This document shows, piece by piece, positions 46,118 through 54,095 of a stretch of 59,179 bases of DNA. Below the pieces are notes generated by a model. That model was not told where the DNA came from. It saw only the letters and a program-made list of their open reading frames with translations, and did not search any database. Position 1 is the first letter of the stretch. Each line of letters begins with the position of its first letter. The DNA comes from Candidatus Shapirobacteria bacterium (GTDB lineage Bacteria > Patescibacteriota > Microgenomatia > UBA12405), in assembly GCA_041666965.1 (NCBI GenBank), contig JBAYFX010000003.1, positions 1 to 59,179 of the forward strand, given 5' to 3'. The translations under genes were made by a program, and so were the position numbers.

Positions 46118-47334
46118 AACTTACCGAAATTGTGAGGGAGAGCTTCGGAACTTTAGGGTTAAACAAAATGCGAACCGGATTGGCAGCTTTAGGTATAATT
46201 ATTGGCATTGGAAGCGTGATTGCTCTAATATCGTTGGGGGCAGGCAGCCAGAAAGCAATCGAGAACCAAATACAGGCGCTGGGGGCCAACTTATTAACTG
46301 TTATGCCTTCAAATTCACGACAAGGAAACGTGCGGACTGCCGGACAAAACACCAGCCTGACTTTAGACGACGCCAGGGCAATTGCCACCAATAACAGCAT
46401 TACCACAATCAGCCAGGTATCGCCCGAACTTAGCCGGAGAAGCCAGGTGATAGCCGGTAGGAACAATACAAATACCGAAATTGTAGGCGTGGAATCAACT
46501 TACAGTGCTATACATACAATGGAAATGACGGCGGGAAATTTTATTAGTGAACGAGACGTTTCTGGAGTTGCCAAGGTGGCAGTACTGGGCCCACAAGCAG
46601 TAATAGATTTATTTGGGGAAGGCGCAAACCCAGTGGGAGCTCAAATTAGAATCAACAAGCAAAGTTTTTCTGTGATAGGAGTAACCAAAAGTAAGGGTGG
46701 CAGTGGCTTTAATAACCCCGACAGTATGATTTTTGTCCCCCTATCTACGGCTCAAAAACAACTATTTGGGGTAGATTATTTATCGACGATTGCGGTTGAA
46801 GCCAAATCAAAAGAAGTAATGACGATGGCCCAAGACGAGATTGGGTATTTGCTTTTGGACAGACACAAACTGAGCAGCCCAACTAATGCTGATTTTTCCA
46901 TCATGTCTCAAAACGACATTTTAAACACTGCTTCACAAGTTACAGGTACTTTTACAACACTCTTGGGTGGGATTGCGGCTATTTCCCTGTTAGTTGGGGG
47001 AATTGGAATTATGAACATAATGCTTGTTACCGTTACTGAGCGGACCCGGGAGATTGGGTTAAGAAAAGCACTAGGAGCTAAGAAAAAGACAATTATTACT
47101 CAGTTCTTAGTTGAATCGGTAATTTTAACTTTTTTTGGCGGAATTATAGGTATGGCGATTGGTGTTGGTATTTCTTTTCTTCTGGCTAAGGTACTTAGCA
47201 TACCGGCGGCCATTTCAGTCCCTTCAATGGTTTTAGCCATGGGAGTTTCAGGGATAATTGGAATAGTTTTTGGTTGGTACCCAGCCCAACGGGCTGCCAA
47301 ATTGCAACCAATTGAAGCATTAAGATTTGAATAA
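46114..47334 (+). CDS. ABC transporter permease (MacB/FtsX type; GTG start)
   Basis: MacB periplasmic core domain and a C-terminal FtsX domain (REIGLRKALGAKKKTI). The GTG start overlaps the upstream TGA stop (GTGA). Confidence 0.85.
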   Translation: MKLTEIVRESFGTLGLNKMRTGLAALGIIIGIGSVIALISLGAGSQKAIENQIQALGANLLTVMPSNSRQGNVRTAGQNTSLTLDDARAIATNNSITTISQVSPELSRRSQVIAGRNNTNTEIVGVESTYSAIHTMEMTAGNFISERDVSGVAKVAVLGPQAVIDLFGEGANPVGAQIRINKQSFSVIGVTKSKGGSGFNNPDSMIFVPLSTAQKQLFGVDYLSTIAVEAKSKEVMTMAQDEIGYLLLDRHKLSSPTNADFSIMSQNDILNTASQVTGTFTTLLGGIAAISLLVGGIGIMNIMLVTVTERTREIGLRKALGAKKKTIITQFLVESVILTFFGGIIGMAIGVGISFLLAKVLSIPAAISVPSMVLAMGVSGIIGIVFGWYPAQRAAKLQPIEALRFE

Positions 47335-47359
47335 ACTTATTAATATTTAACAAAACAAA

Positions 47360-47815
47360 ATGAAAAATAATCTAATAGTCTCAGTAGTTATAGCTTTATT
47401 AATTGGGGCAGGTGGTGGGTATTTAATAGGGAAAAACCAAGCAAACCCAAGCCGAGCTAATATGGGAGCTGCCTTTAGAGAGGGACGATTGGGAATTGGG
47501 GAAAACTTTGCGGGGCAAAATAGGAACATCGGTTTCCGGCCAATTACCGGAGAGATAATTAGTATGGACGACACAAGTTTTACGGTAAAAACCGATGACG
47601 GATCTTCGAAAATCGTATTGGTAAATGACAAAACAAGTTACAGTCAAACCAGTGAAGTAGAAAAAGACAGCTTAAAAGTAGGTGAAAAAATCGGAGCCTT
47701 TGGGACCACTAACCAAGACGGAAGTGTTAGCGCCCAAAATATTCAAATTAATCCTCAGTTTAGGATAAATACCGACATACCTAGTAACCCTGTTGAAAGC
47801 CAGATTCAGAAGTAA
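47360..47815 (+). CDS. Membrane-anchored beta-rich protein (DUF5666-like, from memory)
   Basis: N-terminal TM helix, then ITGEIISMDDTSFTVKTDDGSSKIVLV...VGEKIGAFGT. Confidence 0.45.
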   Translation: MKNNLIVSVVIALLIGAGGGYLIGKNQANPSRANMGAAFREGRLGIGENFAGQNRNIGFRPITGEIISMDDTSFTVKTDDGSSKIVLVNDKTSYSQTSEVEKDSLKVGEKIGAFGTTNQDGSVSAQNIQINPQFRINTDIPSNPVESQIQK

Positions 47816-47964
47816 TTTGCTATATATAGGATGTGTGCTACAATCTAGCCTGATTGTTAGGCAAAGATCAAAAGGTTGTCCTTACCCAATAGGGTGTTTT
47901 ATAAAATTTCGGACAATGTTTGCCAGATAAATTCTGGTGTATTGCCCAAAATTTTTATAAAACT

Positions 47965-49230
47965 ATGTACCAAAGTCATGGACGCTTTAGCGGGCGTCGA
48001 AATTTCAACAATAATTTTAGTAAACGCAACGGGTTTAAACAGAGAATAGATGAAAATCTTTTTGTAAAAGCAGCCGAGAAAGTGCTTAAAATTGAGGAAA
48101 CTGAAACCAAGAACTTATTTGAAGATTTTGGATTCCAAGCTCAACTGTTAACTAACATTAAAGACAAAGGTTACAAAAAACCAACACCAATTCAGGACCA
48201 AATAATTGGCGCTGTAATGGAAGGGCGCGACGTTTTGGGAATTGCTGACACGGGTACCGGAAAAACTGCCGCATTCGCGTTACCTATAATTAACGAACTG
48301 ATTACCAATCCCCACAAGAGAATAATAATTTTGGCGCCAACAAGAGAGTTGGCAACACAAATTAAACAGGAATTCAGATCATTTACGCCAGGCTTAAAAG
48401 TGTATATTGCGCTAGCTATTGGTGGCGCCTACATTCGGGAGCAAATAATTGACATAAGACGCGGCGCCCAAATAATTATTGGAACACCGGGAAGAATTAA
48501 GGACCTGGGGCAACGCCGGGTAATTGATTTTGGAAAATTTAACAAAGTAGTTTTGGACGAAGTTGACCGGATGTTGGATATGGGATTTGTCGACGAAATT
48601 AGAGAAATCATGGACCAAATCCCCCAGCCTCGGCAAACCCTTTTCTTTTCAGCTACCGTCAACAATAAGGTGGGTGGGTTGATTGAAACACTGTTAAACA
48701 ATCCGGTAAAAGTAAGTTTGGAAAGCCGGGTGGCGTCTAATCATGTAGAACAAAATGTGGTTCGTTGTAAACGTGGAGCCAAAGAACAGATGCTTTTGGA
48801 GATTCTTAACAGCAGTGAAGTAAAAAAGGTATTAATTTTTGGAGAAACAAAAGCGCTGGTTGAACAATTGTCTACCAAGCTGTTTAACAATGGGCTTAAA
48901 GCTGATTCAATTCATGGTGACAAGCCTCAGAACAAACGCACTCGAGTTCTTAAGGCCTTTAAGGAAAACCAAATAAACATATTGGTGGCCACTGACGTGG
49001 CGGCTAGGGGCTTGGACATTGGTGATATCACCCATGTAATTAACTACACCATTCCTAACAACTACGATGATTACATCCACCGAATTGGGCGGACAGGACG
49101 AGGGGACGCCATGGGTTACGCCCTTACCTTTATTGAGGAAAGAGAGTTCCGAGCACCGCCTGCGCAGGGTAGACCGGGCTTTGGACGGTTTTCGAGAAAT
49201 ACCGGTGGATGGAGTAGAAGAGGCCGCTAG
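47965..49230 (+). CDS. DEAD-box RNA helicase (motif II reads DEVD)
   Basis: Q motif (PTPIQ), ADTGTGKT, LDEVDRML, SAT and HRIGRTGR, plus Arg/Gly-rich tails. I prefer the ATG at 47965 to the TTG at 47920 used by the ORF track. Confidence 0.9.
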   Translation: MYQSHGRFSGRRNFNNNFSKRNGFKQRIDENLFVKAAEKVLKIEETETKNLFEDFGFQAQLLTNIKDKGYKKPTPIQDQIIGAVMEGRDVLGIADTGTGKTAAFALPIINELITNPHKRIIILAPTRELATQIKQEFRSFTPGLKVYIALAIGGAYIREQIIDIRRGAQIIIGTPGRIKDLGQRRVIDFGKFNKVVLDEVDRMLDMGFVDEIREIMDQIPQPRQTLFFSATVNNKVGGLIETLLNNPVKVSLESRVASNHVEQNVVRCKRGAKEQMLLEILNSSEVKKVLIFGETKALVEQLSTKLFNNGLKADSIHGDKPQNKRTRVLKAFKENQINILVATDVAARGLDIGDITHVINYTIPNNYDDYIHRIGRTGRGDAMGYALTFIEEREFRAPPAQGRPGFGRFSRNTGGWSRRGR

Positions 49231-49246
49231 GGAGTAAAATAGATTA

Positions 49247-49702
49247 ATGAAAAATCAGATAGTAGTGGCCCTTCTTTTGGTGGTATTTTTGGTTGTTGGA
49301 ATAATACTTGGGAGGGTGTTGGGCAAACCAAATACTTTGGGTGTTAAACTACCAACTATAACGCCAGCACCAAGTAATTGGGCAAGTGAAGTAAAGCTTG
49401 ATACTCCTAAGACCAGTCAGTTAGTTAAAAGCCCACTTGAAGTTAAGGGGGCAATTAAACGCAACTGGACCTTTGAGGCAGTAATGACCATTTGGGTATT
49501 GGACTCAAACAAAGCAGTAATTGGGGGTGGGCCAGTTTACACCACACTAGTTAACGAAAGTGACGAGTGGGTAAGTTTCAAAACCAGTTTAACTTTTAAC
49601 CCGGTTGGAAGCAGTGGATTTTTACAGATAAAAAACGATAACCCCAGCGGACTGCCGGAAAACGATAAGATTTTTGAAGTTCCCCTTAGATTTCAAGACT
49701 GA
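49247..49702 (+). CDS. Gmad2 immunoglobulin-like domain protein, membrane anchored
   Basis: N-terminal TM helix. SPLEVKGAIKRNWTFEA...NDNPSGLPENDK resembles Gmad2 (from memory). Confidence 0.55.
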   Translation: MKNQIVVALLLVVFLVVGIILGRVLGKPNTLGVKLPTITPAPSNWASEVKLDTPKTSQLVKSPLEVKGAIKRNWTFEAVMTIWVLDSNKAVIGGGPVYTTLVNESDEWVSFKTSLTFNPVGSSGFLQIKNDNPSGLPENDKIFEVPLRFQD

Positions 49703-49708
49703 TGGAGC

Positions 49709-50587
49709 TTAAACGCGTTTGGCTTTAGGTAGGTCATGATGAAATATTACTTTACCTAACCCTAGTTTTAACCCTCTACCCTCAAGGCAAGAATTGATGA
49801 CTTTCGTTAACCGCTGGCGGTATTGGGCCGTACCGGATTTATCAAAAAGTTTAATCAAAGAAGGATTGGTAAGGCGCAAGTAATCAAACAAACGGGCTTT
49901 AATTTTAGGACTTAGATTTATATGCTCAAACCAAACTTCTTTGATACCGGCTTCCTGGAGTGTATCTAGAAGTTGGTTAATTTCTTTGGATGAACTAGTG
50001 GCATTTGGTAAAAGTGGACCGATAAAAGCATAAGTGGGTATTTGGTGTAAAGTTAGAGTTTTGATGGCGCTAATTCGGGCTGAAACCGGAGGGGCATCAA
50101 CTTCCAAAAAGCGGGAAACCGTGTCATCTTGTGAGGTTATAGTGAATCCAACAGTCACATCAGAGAACTGAGATAACAAATCAATATCCCGGGTAATTAA
50201 ACCTGATTTGGTTTGTAATGCCACTTGGCCCTGGTAACCAAAATTCAGTAATACCTGTAAACACTGGCGGGTTAATTTGTATTTGGCTTCAAGACCAGTA
50301 TAGGGATCAGTTACCGAACTAAACCAAATTATGCCGAAATTCTTAGATTTGAATTTCTTTTCAAGTTTTAATAAATCCTTTTTAAGGATTTCCGGGGCAT
50401 TTATTTTGACGTCCAAGAAACTCCCCCACTGTTGCCCTGAATGCTTCCATCGGGCGATAGCTGCGGCATAACAATACATACAGGCAAACTGACAACCACC
50501 GTAGGGATTAATCACATAATCACAACCAGGTAATGACGTAGGAGTAAGAATGGTTTTGGCAGTTAGTTCCTTAACTTGAGTGAGCAT
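49709..50587 (-). CDS. Radical SAM protein, SplB/COG1533-like (DNA-repair-photolyase family)
   Basis: INPYGGCQFACMYCYA contains CX3CX2C in the context typical of the SPL-lyase-like family. 292 aa. Confidence 0.75.
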   Translation of the reverse strand: MLTQVKELTAKTILTPTSLPGCDYVINPYGGCQFACMYCYAAAIARWKHSGQQWGSFLDVKINAPEILKKDLLKLEKKFKSKNFGIIWFSSVTDPYTGLEAKYKLTRQCLQVLLNFGYQGQVALQTKSGLITRDIDLLSQFSDVTVGFTITSQDDTVSRFLEVDAPPVSARISAIKTLTLHQIPTYAFIGPLLPNATSSSKEINQLLDTLQEAGIKEVWFEHINLSPKIKARLFDYLRLTNPSLIKLFDKSGTAQYRQRLTKVINSCLEGRGLKLGLGKVIFHHDLPKAKRV

Positions 50588-51401
50588 GGGTGTAAATTTT
50601 TTTAATATTACTTTTAAGTTTTACAATGTTGCCTGGGTTGGCAATATCTATGGCGTGGTAAAAATCTGGGATATCCATAGCGGAGCATTTTTCAACCATT
50701 GCCTCTTTTACACCTTTAATCAATTGTTTATTATTTAGGACCTCATTGAATAATGGATTACTATTTTCCAGTAAATTTCGGTAATTGCTTCCAACGGATA
50801 AATACTTTTTTGAGTGAATCATTCTTAAACCTCGAATTAACAAACGGCAATAGCTGGTTTTATAATTTCGGTAGAAAGGATTATCCGAATATGGATAAAT
50901 AAAATGTTGAAGCCAACCTTCAAATCTAATTTCGTGAATTTTGTTCTTAATACAGTTTAATGATTCCTGGTTAACCCAAATTGAACCGGATGAGTCTAAA
51001 CAAACCATGGAAGCAACATCTATATGATGTGAAAAGAAACCTAATACTTTTGTAACCGGGTCAAGGTGGATTTCATTTTCCAATATGTGGCCTAAGTCGG
51101 TTTTTCGGGAATTAATTAAGGGAAGATTTAAAGATATAATTTGAGACTTGATTGAATCACACTCGCAGCCTTGCCAATTTTTAGTTTTCCACTTACTTGA
51201 CTCGTAAAACAAATCGATATCGTTTGGCTCAGTGCCTAATAAGGTATCTAAGATAAACCCACCTCGAGCAATAATATTCTTAACATTAGTTAATGAAGTA
51301 GTCAGTATTTTTAACTCTTGGGTCAGCTTCTTAAGAGAATCAACCTGAAAAGGTAGTAAGTTTAAATCTTTGACTGCTAACTTAAGGATTTGATAGTCCA
51401 T
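50571..51401 (-). CDS. Minimal polymerase-beta-fold nucleotidyltransferase with a CCA-adding/poly(A) polymerase-like head
   Basis: ARGGFILDTLLGTEPNDIDLF aligns with the GGxVRDxLLGxxxxDxDi head motif. HIDVASMVCLDSSGSIW...NCIKNKIHEI resembles the RDFTINA...DLxxxxIR region. At 276 aa it has no tRNA-binding body or tail. Confidence 0.5.
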   Translation of the reverse strand: MDYQILKLAVKDLNLLPFQVDSLKKLTQELKILTTSLTNVKNIIARGGFILDTLLGTEPNDIDLFYESSKWKTKNWQGCECDSIKSQIISLNLPLINSRKTDLGHILENEIHLDPVTKVLGFFSHHIDVASMVCLDSSGSIWVNQESLNCIKNKIHEIRFEGWLQHFIYPYSDNPFYRNYKTSYCRLLIRGLRMIHSKKYLSVGSNYRNLLENSNPLFNEVLNNKQLIKGVKEAMVEKCSAMDIPDFYHAIDIANPGNIVKLKSNIKKIYTHAHSS

Positions 51402-51403
51402 TT

Positions 51404-51724
51404 TTAGTCGAAGGTGTAGACCAAACGGTCGAAATTAATAATCCGGTTGTTTTTGTCTAACTTAATTCCCTCCTGTTTATATAATTTAAGACGCTCTTGT
51501 TTATGCTCGGGATCCAACCAGACTAAACCATTGGCATAAACTATCCGATGGTAGGGAATTTGAGCCTCGTTGGGGCACTTGGAAAGAATGGAGGTGATCA
51601 TGCGGGAGAGCATGGGGTGACCCCCCGCCGATACTGCTAACAATCCATAGGTTGTTACCCTACCTTTGGGAATGGACATGGCCAACTCCCAAACTTTGCG
51701 GGTAAAATCTCCCGGATGTTTCAT
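51404..51724 (-). CDS. Alkyltransferase-like (ATL) protein: MGMT fold with Tyr replacing the active-site Cys
   Basis: VTTYGLLA... and IPYHRIV where MGMTs have PCHRV. I prefer the ATG at 51724, which forms an ATGA overlap with the upstream stop, to the ORF-track start at 51739. Confidence 0.65.
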   Translation of the reverse strand: MKHPGDFTRKVWELAMSIPKGRVTTYGLLAVSAGGHPMLSRMITSILSKCPNEAQIPYHRIVYANGLVWLDPEHKQERLKLYKQEGIKLDKNNRIINFDRLVYTFD

Positions 51725-52320
51725 GCGCCTTCTTTGCACTCCAAAACCATAATTTGGCGCGCATTGGGTAAGCCAGTGTAGAGATGGCTTCGAATACCTA
51801 AACTACCTGCGACACTAATGTTTTCTGGTGAATCATCAAAGTAGACGCAGTTGGCTGGCAATAACTGATGATCTGAAAGTAATTTTTGGTAAGCGCGAAT
51901 GTCAGGTTTTACAAAACCAGTTTCCCAGGAAAAATAAACACCATTGAAGAGGGTAAACATCTCAGGATAATGACGACGATAGTATTCAGTTCTATGAGCA
52001 AAATTGTTAGACAAAATGAATATTTTTATACCCTGTGTTTGAAGTTCACGGGCGAAGTCTAGCAAGTCCGGATTTAGTGTTTCACCCGAAAACCAAAAAC
52101 TAAAAAATTCATTCCGGGTAATATTTAGCATTTGGAGAATCGGATTCCAAATTTCATCTGGCTTTTCCCCCGGAGTTCGTACTTCTTTTAGGATGGTTTT
52201 TAGTTTGCTAAAAAGCTGGTCAGGATCGACTCTAAATTTTTCCGACACTCTTGTGCTTAGTGGACGGCTTTGGAGAAAAACTCCATTTAAATCAAAAATT
52301 ACAGCTTCTGGATTGGTCAT
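51721..52320 (-). CDS. HAD-superfamily hydrolase
   Basis: Motif I VIFDLNGV (D-x-N variant), motif II ILSNN and motif IV YFDDSPENI. Confidence 0.75.
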   Translation of the reverse strand: MTNPEAVIFDLNGVFLQSRPLSTRVSEKFRVDPDQLFSKLKTILKEVRTPGEKPDEIWNPILQMLNITRNEFFSFWFSGETLNPDLLDFARELQTQGIKIFILSNNFAHRTEYYRRHYPEMFTLFNGVYFSWETGFVKPDIRAYQKLLSDHQLLPANCVYFDDSPENISVAGSLGIRSHLYTGLPNARQIMVLECKEGA

Positions 52321-52325
52321 AGTAA

Positions 52326-52739
52326 TTAAATTATAAACTCGTGGATTATAGGTGGTTCTTGGCTAAAATCGGAGTAACGCAGCCAGTTGGGAATAAACTT
52401 AATATAAGCAATTGGTGGGTTTAAATATTCAGCTGTATTGGGATGAATGGCAATAATCTGCTTTCTGATTTCCTCACCTTCCGAATCAGTCAGGACTACT
52501 GAAGTGCCATCTAGTTGAATAGAAGGGCTTTGGAGTCCACCGACCAAAAGAGAGGTGTAGGGGTTGTTTTTTAGATTGAAAATTTTACGGGTGTTAGGTT
52601 CAGAAGACATTAACACCTCCCAGTTATCGGTTACGGCAATGGCCATGACAGCCGACTCGATTATCCCCTGCTTGGTGGCAGTGGATAAAACTGCCAAAGT
52701 TTGACTTTTAATAAATTCCAAAACTTTATTTTTATCCAT
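52326..52739 (-). CDS. Pyridoxamine 5'-phosphate oxidase-family (FMN-binding split barrel) protein
   Basis: 137 aa. LAVLSTATKQG...ESAVM with NTRKIFNLKNNPYTSLLV is the general PNPOx-like pattern. Confidence 0.6.
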   Translation of the reverse strand: MDKNKVLEFIKSQTLAVLSTATKQGIIESAVMAIAVTDNWEVLMSSEPNTRKIFNLKNNPYTSLLVGGLQSPSIQLDGTSVVLTDSEGEEIRKQIIAIHPNTAEYLNPPIAYIKFIPNWLRYSDFSQEPPIIHEFII

Positions 52740-53367
52740 GGTGTTTTAAATTGATATTTTCTCCATCTCCTACCAGTTGCCAATCATCATCGTTTGAATA
52801 AATGGCTTGCTGGTCGGTTATGGGAATAACTGGATAATTAACTGAATGACTCTCGAGAACCATTCTCTTTTTTTCAGTAAAGTGAGGTGAGACGGCAAAC
52901 GGTACAAAATTTAGACCAGAGGTGTCGGTTAGACCAACATCATTGGTGTCCCAACCCGGATCCCAGCCGGAAAGGGCAATGTCAGGGCCAACTAATACGC
53001 TACCGGCACTCGCCCCAACATAATAACGATTGTTAGCCAATAGGTCTTTTAAATAAGTGTCCAGTTTTGACTGGCAGACCCAGTGAAGTAGGTAAAAAGT
53101 ATTACCTCCACCAACATATATGATTTGGGAGTTTTCAAGTTTGGTTTTAATGGTTTGAGGATTATCTTTTAAATCAACAACAGTGACTTTGAAACCTATG
53201 TTTTTTAAGTTTTCCAAATCTTTTTCCATAAACCATTTATCTGAATATGGGTCGGCGGCAGTGGGGATAAAAGCCAAATTTAATTGTTGGGGAGGTTTGT
53301 CAATTAAATTAATAAAAAAGTCTTTGACTTTACCTTCTAAACCAGTTGAAGTTAGAAGTAATTTCAT
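52732..53367 (-). CDS. Peptidase E / S51-family dipeptidase
   Basis: LAFIPTAADP, IIYVGGGNTFYLL and YVGASAGSVLVGPDI (catalytic Ser context). Confidence 0.8.
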   Translation of the reverse strand: MKLLLTSTGLEGKVKDFFINLIDKPPQQLNLAFIPTAADPYSDKWFMEKDLENLKNIGFKVTVVDLKDNPQTIKTKLENSQIIYVGGGNTFYLLHWVCQSKLDTYLKDLLANNRYYVGASAGSVLVGPDIALSGWDPGWDTNDVGLTDTSGLNFVPFAVSPHFTEKKRMVLESHSVNYPVIPITDQQAIYSNDDDWQLVGDGENINLKHHG

Positions 53368-53369
53368 GG

Positions 53370-53516
53370 TTAGTAACTAATGGTAAAAAGTAGTGTGGGG
53401 AGTGGACAAAAATAGAGACGGCGCTTAATAGTATCCACGAAAAAGCCAATCCAAATGTCGTACCAAGCAAAAGAAAACTTAAAATTATTAGTTTTAAAGA
53501 TTACAACTTCTTTCAT
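53370..53516 (-). CDS. 48-codon small hydrophobic protein (below ORF-track cutoff)
   Basis: My own translation is MKEVVIFKTNNFKFSFAWYDIWIGFFVDTIKRRLYFCPLPTLLFTISY. The stop lies 2 nt before the peptidase E ATG. The WYDxWIGxxxD...LYxCPLP pattern recalls small phage/prophage proteins, though that is from memory only. Confidence 0.4.
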   Translation of the reverse strand: MKEVVIFKTNNFKFSFAWYDIWIGFFVDTIKRRLYFCPLPTLLFTISY

Positions 53517-53551
53517 AAGTAAGTTATAACCCGAAGAAAACCCAAAGTCAA

Positions 53552-53989
53552 TTATATACCTTTGATTTGGAATGAAGCGCTTGAAACCTCCCCACTTAAG
53601 GGATTACGAACTTCTTCCATAAATGCCGATGTCAATGGTTTGAATTGTCCTTTTTCGTTACAAAATTCATTACAGTTAGTTCTTATAGTTCTGTGTCCAC
53701 AACAATCTGGGGAATCAACAATGGCCAAAATAGGTGCAGGGGTTTTTTCTTCTGGTGTTGGTTTTCTTTGGATTACACTTTCAACGGTCTGACTTCCGCC
53801 TACCGCAACTCTCCAGGTATTTTCACCACCCCTACGAACCGAAATATTTTCTCCAGATGGAAAAACCTCATTAAGAGTGAGAGCCATTCGCCTTACAATA
53901 AAACAATCCCTACATTCAGGTCTTGGTAGTCCTGAAATATCAAAACCAGACAAAAACACTCCAGTCTCACTACCATTATTGTTTTGCAT
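53552..53989 (-). CDS. Orphan Cys-containing protein (145 aa)
   Basis: CRDC...DCCGH...CNEFC suggests a metal site. No family recognised. A TGcTACAAT extended -10 sits 9 nt upstream of the ATG. Confidence 0.5.
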   Translation of the reverse strand: MQNNNGSETGVFLSGFDISGLPRPECRDCFIVRRMALTLNEVFPSGENISVRRGGENTWRVAVGGSQTVESVIQRKPTPEEKTPAPILAIVDSPDCCGHRTIRTNCNEFCNEKGQFKPLTSAFMEEVRNPLSGEVSSASFQIKGI

Positions 53990-53990
53990 A

Positions 53991-54019
53991 TTGATGAGAT
54001 TGTAGCACTAATTTATAGT
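53991..54019 (+). promoter_or_regulatory. Distal promoter candidate for the 54096 gene (TTGATG-17-TATAGT)
   Basis: TTGATG at 53991-53996, a 17-nt spacer, then TATAGT at 54014-54019. It interleaves with the opposite-strand promoter. A second, proximal TAAAAT (54085-54090) sits 5 nt before the ATG. Confidence 0.35.
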
Positions 54020-54028
54020 TTGTGTGAA
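53999..54028 (-). promoter_or_regulatory. Promoter of the 53989 gene (TTCACA-18-TGcTACAAT)
   Basis: On the sense strand: TTCACA (54023-54028), an 18-nt spacer ending in TGC, then TACAAT (53999-54004). 9 nt separate it from the ATG. Confidence 0.45.
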
Positions 54029-54095
54029 ATAAGTTGCGAAATATATTAAGGTTTACCCAAAAAACAGACCATCTACTGGCGTAGTAAAATACTAC

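Noticed and set aside
46080-46466. ORFs 46080-46394 (+) and 46110-46466 (-) at the ABC ATPase/permease junction.
   Set aside because: They are alternative frames of the well-supported MacB-type permease. They are Arg/Asn-rich or hydrophobic nonsense and have no independent start signals.
47920-47964. The TTG start at 47920 for the DEAD-box helicase, as given in the ORF track.
   Set aside because: The 15 extra residues (PDKFWCIAQNFYKT) are not helicase-like. The first ATG (47965) is followed by the Arg-rich tail common in such helicases.
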